A DNA stretch of 32,000 nt, taken from contig SHMX01000003.1 of the NCBI GenBank assembly GCA_008080745.1, forward strand, positions 150,001-182,000. Reading direction: 5' to 3'. The notes under the pieces were generated by a model. That model did no database searches and was not told where the DNA came from. It saw nothing but the letters and a program-made list of their open reading frames with translations. The position numbers and the translations under genes are program-made. Shown here piece by piece: positions 27,112 to 32,000 of this stretch. The stretch is from Candidatus Thorarchaeota archaeon. GTDB lineage: Archaea; Asgardarchaeota; Thorarchaeia; Thorarchaeales; Thorarchaeaceae. Numbering within the stretch: position 1 is the first letter of the stretch; every line of letters starts with the position of its first letter.

Positions 27112-27943
27112 GAAAATGAGTGCAAACGAAAGGTATCCCTATATTCATCATCCTTGTTGGTCCCAAATAGATAGTTGGGAAAGAATTCATCTTCCAGTAG
27201 CAAGAAAATGTAATGTCAAATGTATATATTGTGATCATCTACTTGAGAGTGCGTGTCATTCTGGTTCTAGACCAGGTCGTAGTAGACAGGTGATGAAGCC
27301 TGAGGAAGCCATCGAAAGGTGTCTTTCTGAGTTGAGTAAACGAAAAAATCTAAGAATTGTAGCAGTTTCTGGACCCGGGGAGCCGCTAGCAAATAAAGAA
27401 ACATTTGAAACTCTTTGGCGAATTCGACAAATGAAATCAGATATCAAAATCTGCCTAAGTACGAATGGTACGCTTCTTAGCTCAAATATACAAAAACTGG
27501 AAGAACTGAATATTGAAACAATCTCTGTTACTGTGTCTTCTACAAATTTAGAAACAATAGAACAGTTGTATCAGTGGATGCTTATCGATGAGAAACGGGT
27601 AAGTGGTGCCGGAATGGCCTCGATTATTCTTAGATCTCAAATAAAGGGAATTGCAGAGGCGAGCAATGTTGGAATTTTTATCAAGGTAAACACGGTTCTG
27701 ATTCCTGGGCTAAATGATAGAGATATAATAGATCTAGCAAAGCAAATACATAACGCAGGTGCGAAAATTCACAATATCGTACCATTGATACCCCATTCAG
27801 ATGCCAAGAAGTATCGAGTACCCACTCAAAAAGAGATTGAAGATGCAAGAGCAAAATCAAATTCATTCATACCGCAATTTACACATTGCAGGCAATGCAG
27901 AAGTGATGTAGTGGGAATTCCCGGTCAAGATACAATCCTCTAA
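27104..27943 (+). CDS. Stand-alone NifB-like radical SAM protein with no NifX domain
   Basis: HPC, RIHLPVA, CNVKCIYC, SRPG, VSGPGEPLAN, ICLSTNG, KVNTVLIPG.ND, HCRQCRSDVVG; overlaps the roadblock stop by 8 nt. Confidence 0.85.
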   Translation: MSEKMSANERYPYIHHPCWSQIDSWERIHLPVARKCNVKCIYCDHLLESACHSGSRPGRSRQVMKPEEAIERCLSELSKRKNLRIVAVSGPGEPLANKETFETLWRIRQMKSDIKICLSTNGTLLSSNIQKLEELNIETISVTVSSTNLETIEQLYQWMLIDEKRVSGAGMASIILRSQIKGIAEASNVGIFIKVNTVLIPGLNDRDIIDLAKQIHNAGAKIHNIVPLIPHSDAKKYRVPTQKEIEDARAKSNSFIPQFTHCRQCRSDVVGIPGQDTIL

Positions 27944-28779
27944 GCTAAGGATTTAATGCCAGCTAAACCAAGGCAACCCGAATCTACTAAGAGATTAATA
28001 AGAAACCATATGGCACTGGAATCATATGGGAGTCCTTGCATTATGTCTTGTATTCTTTGTGAGCCATCGGAACTTCGAATCAAATCTTCTACAGGTTGAC
28101 CATACTGTGCTTTTAACCTCTCAAGTACCATAGGTTCGCATTCCAACCGAATTAAAATATCGTTATCAGTGAGAGGCTTCTTGAAATGTATCCATTTGAA
28201 TTTTGCAAGAGCAGAAGCAACAGCCATCACCTCTCCATCAGTCAAGGCGATTCTATTGACAATCTCACCCAAAGAGCGTTTACCATTGATAAAATCCTCG
28301 AACTCCTCCATTTTCTGGTCAACATAACCAACACGGTAGGGAATCTGTTCACCTCTTCTTTTTAGAGGAACAAGTTCAAGGTCTATCTTATGATAAGGAA
28401 AGTGAACTAGAACGGAAAAACAAAACTCCCGAAATAAACGGACATCACCATCAAAATCAGCTAAAGCTTCTTGATATCCAGTTTCAAAATCTGATAGAAT
28501 TTGACGCAGATGTTTCCTATAGGGAGCTTCGTCAGGAACTGGATCGACAACCAGTAATATCAGAACTTTTTTACCAACCTCAATTAGAATATCATAAGCA
28601 GCTTTTCTAATTGTACGAATTGGTGTCTTTGCAAAGATAATAACAGCAGTTACAAATCCAGCTATCAAGTCAGGATCAACGGTCATGGTGGCATATGGCA
28701 GGCTGAGGATGGACTCACCACCTTCCAGTCGAATGATAGAAATATATCTGATTCTGGATACATCAACTGCCAAATGCAC
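27940..28779 (-). CDS. Longin-like domain plus two winged-helix-like repeats (NPRL2-like), paralogue B
   Basis: RYISIIRLEGGESI...VDPDLIAGFVTAVIIF...ILLVVD...YRKHLRQILSDFE (longin pattern); FINGKRSLGEI and SDGSQRIQDI repeats; AAGGAG RBS. Confidence 0.7.
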   Translation of the reverse strand: MHLAVDVSRIRYISIIRLEGGESILSLPYATMTVDPDLIAGFVTAVIIFAKTPIRTIRKAAYDILIEVGKKVLILLVVDPVPDEAPYRKHLRQILSDFETGYQEALADFDGDVRLFREFCFSVLVHFPYHKIDLELVPLKRRGEQIPYRVGYVDQKMEEFEDFINGKRSLGEIVNRIALTDGEVMAVASALAKFKWIHFKKPLTDNDILIRLECEPMVLERLKAQYGQPVEDLIRSSDGSQRIQDIMQGLPYDSSAIWFLINLLVDSGCLGLAGIKSLA

Positions 28780-28895
28780 ACATACTCCTTTTTGATTTGG
28801 AAAGAGAACTCCTATAGTATCTATTTGGAAGGCTGCTTATAATAATTCCATAAAAGAATATCCTACCCGTATATTCTCCTCGCATCGCCAACATA

Positions 28896-29759
28896 CTATT
28901 TCTTTGCCCCCATTCCTGAAGCATATCGAAGCACTCCATAGTCAATGAGTGTCTTCGCAACCACCATTACAACTTCCAAACTATATGGAAGCATCTCACT
29001 AACTTCACCCAGATTTCTAGTTCCGTCACATAATTCAACAAGATTTGATATCTGTTCACCATAAACAGCTATTAGAAAATCAGGAGCATTTGAGATCTTT
29101 ACAAGCTTGACAGAATCCGTAATTTTGGGAGAGAGTGTAACCCAATTATATCGATCTAATAGGGAAAATATAGCCATTACCTCTCTCTCAGACATTCCAG
29201 ATGCTTCAATGATTTCATTTATGGATCGCTTTCCATTGATGAAGTTTAATATCTTGTGAATCTTCTCATCGGTCTTTCCGACACTCCAGGGAATCTCAGA
29301 ACGATGATCTGGTGCCGCATCAGATTTGCTTACGAGTTTTGGTACTAAAGATGCCTCCAAGATACGATATGGAAAGGTTTCAAGAATCCCTAAGGCGAAC
29401 TCTCGGAAGGGTCTAATATCACCTTTCCAAGATTCTAAAAGTGATTCATACTCTTTTTCAAAACGATGTGTTAGTTTCTTTAGTGCCTTACGATACACCT
29501 CATCATTTTCTACACGGTCTATGATAAGCAGACTGACTACCTGTTCACCCTCCTCAATGATTACTACATAACCCTCTTTTGTAAAAGTTTTAAGTTGTCG
29601 ATTTTCAAAGATGATAATGGCGAGAACAAAGGATGCAACTAAATCGGGGTCTACACTCATCTCTCGATAAGGTATACCAATGATAGGTTCACCACCCTCT
29701 TTCCTGACGATTGAGATATAGCGTACCTTTTCTTCGTCTAGGTCTTCACGTATCATCAC
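28896..29759 (-). CDS. Longin-like domain plus two winged-helix-like repeats (NPRL2-like), paralogue A
   Basis: RYISIVRKEGGEPI...VDPDLVASFVLAIIIF...SLLIID...YRKALKKLTHRFE; FINGKRSINEI and CDGTRNLGEV repeats; collinear with 27940..28779. Confidence 0.72.
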   Translation of the reverse strand: MMIREDLDEEKVRYISIVRKEGGEPIIGIPYREMSVDPDLVASFVLAIIIFENRQLKTFTKEGYVVIIEEGEQVVSLLIIDRVENDEVYRKALKKLTHRFEKEYESLLESWKGDIRPFREFALGILETFPYRILEASLVPKLVSKSDAAPDHRSEIPWSVGKTDEKIHKILNFINGKRSINEIIEASGMSEREVMAIFSLLDRYNWVTLSPKITDSVKLVKISNAPDFLIAVYGEQISNLVELCDGTRNLGEVSEMLPYSLEVVMVVAKTLIDYGVLRYASGMGAKK

Positions 29760-29802
29760 AAAATCGATACTCCATTCTCCTAATTAAACTTAGTTCGATG
29801 CC

Positions 29803-30693
29803 TCATATAAATTCTGATAATCCCGTCTGGTTTATTACCCGAACCTCTGAGTCTCGGTCGATATGGTATCCAATAAGTCGTTTAGAATTGATATACGTGT
29901 ATGTGCCATCTAGAGAAAGAATAAGTAAAGGACCTTTTAATCCAACAACAGAGCCTAAAATCTGTGTCCCATTAATTGGTGATCCTCTTTTTAGAATTGG
30001 CTTTGGAAGACTATCAAGTTCGGGGATATTATAGAAGGATGAGAGATCTGCTAAGGAAGAATCTTCTGGTACAGGTAATCCAGCGAGCTTAGAGAATTCA
30101 GCAATCTTAGAATATGCTTCATCAATCGCTAACGGTGTGAGTAGATGTTTTGCTTTAGTAGAAGCTCTAACCGACTTGGTGATACCTCTCAACCGTCCAA
30201 GTTTAGATTCAATTTGTCGAGCTGCTTTACCTCCGCGTATCTTCTGTATTATAACAGCAAAATCTGCTCCTTGTTCAATCCATCTTGTTCTAACCCTTCT
30301 CAGAGAAGATACACCAACTTTGATAGCACCCGTTTTGAAGACAGCTGAATACACTGCATATTCAGTATTCTTGCATCGTTCCCAACGCTCTGGTTGAGCT
30401 TGACACACTCGACCATCACAACGAATACAGGCATCAATATAATCCATGGCTGAACAAGGTCCGCAGCGAATTTTTGACTTAGAGATGCTCTGTGAATCAG
30501 GACAAGGATTTAGTCGCATATCCCGGTCAAGATATCCTACACAAGTCTTTGGACCTCGGATAGTCCAAGCAATTCGCTGTCCTTTCTCAAGTTTTAGAAA
30601 ATACGGTTTCTGTTCTCCACTTGACCAGGTATGCAGTCCTCGTTCAAATTCACCCTCGGGGGTTTCTCGCCAGAGAATGTTGGAAACGTGCAT
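29803..30693 (-). CDS. DUF2797-family Cys-rich protein
   Basis: TCVGY...CP...CGPC...C..C...C...Y.VY.A...IKVGVS...RWIEQGA pattern recalled for DUF2797. Confidence 0.7.
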   Translation of the reverse strand: MHVSNILWRETPEGEFERGLHTWSSGEQKPYFLKLEKGQRIAWTIRGPKTCVGYLDRDMRLNPCPDSQSISKSKIRCGPCSAMDYIDACIRCDGRVCQAQPERWERCKNTEYAVYSAVFKTGAIKVGVSSLRRVRTRWIEQGADFAVIIQKIRGGKAARQIESKLGRLRGITKSVRASTKAKHLLTPLAIDEAYSKIAEFSKLAGLPVPEDSSLADLSSFYNIPELDSLPKPILKRGSPINGTQILGSVVGLKGPLLILSLDGTYTYINSKRLIGYHIDRDSEVRVINQTGLSEFI

Positions 30694-30702
30694 TCTCTAA
30701 CC

Positions 30703-31746
30703 TCAGAAGAAATGTCGACCAGTTCCCTGTCCCATCCATTTGACTCCAGCAATATTAAGATCAGCTCCGCAGTCAGGACATTTTCCTTCCTCATTGAGAT
30801 TATTCTTCTTCAAATAAACCGAATATCTCTCAATTGCCTTATAGCCACAGTTGGGACAATAGGTATTCTCATGATCGTCACCAGGGATATTCCCGGAATA
30901 GATGAATTCTAGACCAGCATCTTTTGCAATATTGATGTGGCGTCTGAGTGTTTCTGCATTGGTGCGAGGAATATTAGTCAGTTTGTATGTGGGAGAGAAT
31001 GCAGTGATGTGTAAAGGGGTTCGAGGTCCTAGATTATCTACTATCCAATTAGCAAGATGTTCAGTGTCTTCCTTGTGGTCACCCACCTGAGGAATTATCA
31101 GATTGGTTATTTCAATGAATATGCCTTCTTCTTTGAATTTCTTTAGAGCAGTAAAGATTGGTTTGACCTTAGGTACACCCATATACTCCTGATAAAACTC
31201 CTTGTTTCCACTTCCTTTGAAATCAACCGTTACTGCGTCAAGGTAAGGTGCAATGAACTCGATGGCTTCAGGGGTTTCATATCCATTTGTCACGAAGGTA
31301 TTATAGAGTTCATTCTCTTTTGCAATCTTTGCAGTATCATATGCAACCTCCATGAAAATAGTAGGTTCTGTGTAGGTGTAACTAATCCCATCACAATTAT
31401 TTCTGATAGCCATTTTTACTATCTCATCTGGAGTCATATCACGACCCGCAGGTTCTTCTCTTTGAGATGAATGATAGTTCAGGCAAAATTGACATCTAAA
31501 GTTGCATGATGAGGTGCTTATTGAGAAAGCACGAGAGCCAGGGGCGAAATGAAATAGAGGTTTCTTTTCGATTGGATCAGCGGCCATTCCATCTATTTTG
31601 CAATAGACTTTCGTATACAAGACACCATCTTTTAATGTTCGAACTCGACAAAAACCAGTTTCTCCCTCTTTAATTACGCATCTTCTTGCACAAAGGTCAC
31701 ATCGAACTCCATCCTTGAGTTTTGTATACAGCACCGCTTCTTTCAT
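30703..31746 (-). CDS. amrS: AmmeMemoRadiSam-system radical SAM enzyme (PflA-like)
   Basis: CDLCARRC...G.CRVR, DPIEKKPLFHFAPG, CNFRCQFC, ISYTYTEP, EITNLIIP, YCPNCG. Start set at MKEAVLY (31746); the ORF-track extension to 31833 looks non-coding. Confidence 0.9.
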   Translation of the reverse strand: MKEAVLYTKLKDGVRCDLCARRCVIKEGETGFCRVRTLKDGVLYTKVYCKIDGMAADPIEKKPLFHFAPGSRAFSISTSSCNFRCQFCLNYHSSQREEPAGRDMTPDEIVKMAIRNNCDGISYTYTEPTIFMEVAYDTAKIAKENELYNTFVTNGYETPEAIEFIAPYLDAVTVDFKGSGNKEFYQEYMGVPKVKPIFTALKKFKEEGIFIEITNLIIPQVGDHKEDTEHLANWIVDNLGPRTPLHITAFSPTYKLTNIPRTNAETLRRHINIAKDAGLEFIYSGNIPGDDHENTYCPNCGYKAIERYSVYLKKNNLNEEGKCPDCGADLNIAGVKWMGQGTGRHFF

Positions 31747-31854
31747 ATCAGATAGAGAACACAAAGGGTTTCTTATTCCTCTTGTGGTATAACAGCGACG
31801 TGAATATATGAAACCATTAAAAGGAAATAGCACTATTTACAAGTGGTCTGTCCC

Positions 31855-32000
31855 ATGCCAACCAGAGAAGAGCTAAAAAAGATACGGGGGTTGCTAGAGA
31901 CTCTTACACTTCGCAAGCATCCCTTTCTTGAAAAATGTGCAACCGCTAAAGTGTTGGCATTCTCTGATTTTGATGGGGCAATCAAACAATATCGAAGTTT
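31855..32000 (+). CDS. 5' fragment of an unidentified protein running off the window
   Basis: ATG at 31855 opens [48 protein letters not shown] with no stop before the window end; divergent from amrS. Confidence 0.5.

Noticed and set aside
27104-27943. Calling nitrogen fixation from the NifB-like gene, or linking it to 'nitrogen permease regulator' by name
   Set aside because: No nitrogenase genes are in the window and several NifB fingerprints are altered; the NPR name match is not evidence.
1-32000. tRNA/rRNA genes, CRISPR arrays, IS elements, integrases, small GTPases
   Set aside because: Intergenic gaps are short and AT-rich with no cloverleaf or repeat-spacer pattern by eye, and no ORF carries the relevant motifs; tRNAscan-SE/Infernal were not run.

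Overview
Gene-dense, AT-rich (roughly 40% GC by eye) archaeal chromosomal segment, very probably from an Asgard archaeon and Thorarchaeia-like. This is inferred from the concentration of eukaryotic-signature-type proteins: two gelsolin-fold proteins, two roadblock/LC7 proteins, a V4R-type protein, a SNAP/TPR-Ig-coiled-coil protein and a tandem pair of longin-plus-winged-helix proteins. Recognisable housekeeping content: thiR diverging from a thiBPQ thiamine ABC transporter with a palindromic operator between them, a class I/II aminotransferase, a GH38 alpha-mannosidase-like protein, hsp20-cdc48, a FAD oxidoreductase, an AN1-zinc-finger/M50 protease, top6B-top6A, a NifB-like radical SAM protein, DUF2797 and an AmmeMemoRadiSam radical SAM enzyme. 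I saw no rRNA, tRNA, CRISPR array, integrase or transposase. The most interesting candidates are: (1) two adjacent paralogues with NPRL2/NPRL3 (GATOR1)-like architecture, converging on a roadblock-NifB-like gene pair; (2) a 102-aa minimal gelsolin with a gelsolin-G1-like WH2 tail, plus a gelsolin-linker-X protein; (3) a Topo VI operon with an altered TOPRIM DxD motif followed by a coiled-coil/wHTH protein and a PD-(D/E)xK nuclease; (4) NifB-like and GH38 enzymes with substitutions at family-diagnostic residues. All family assignments come from motif recognition and recalled sequences, not from database searches.
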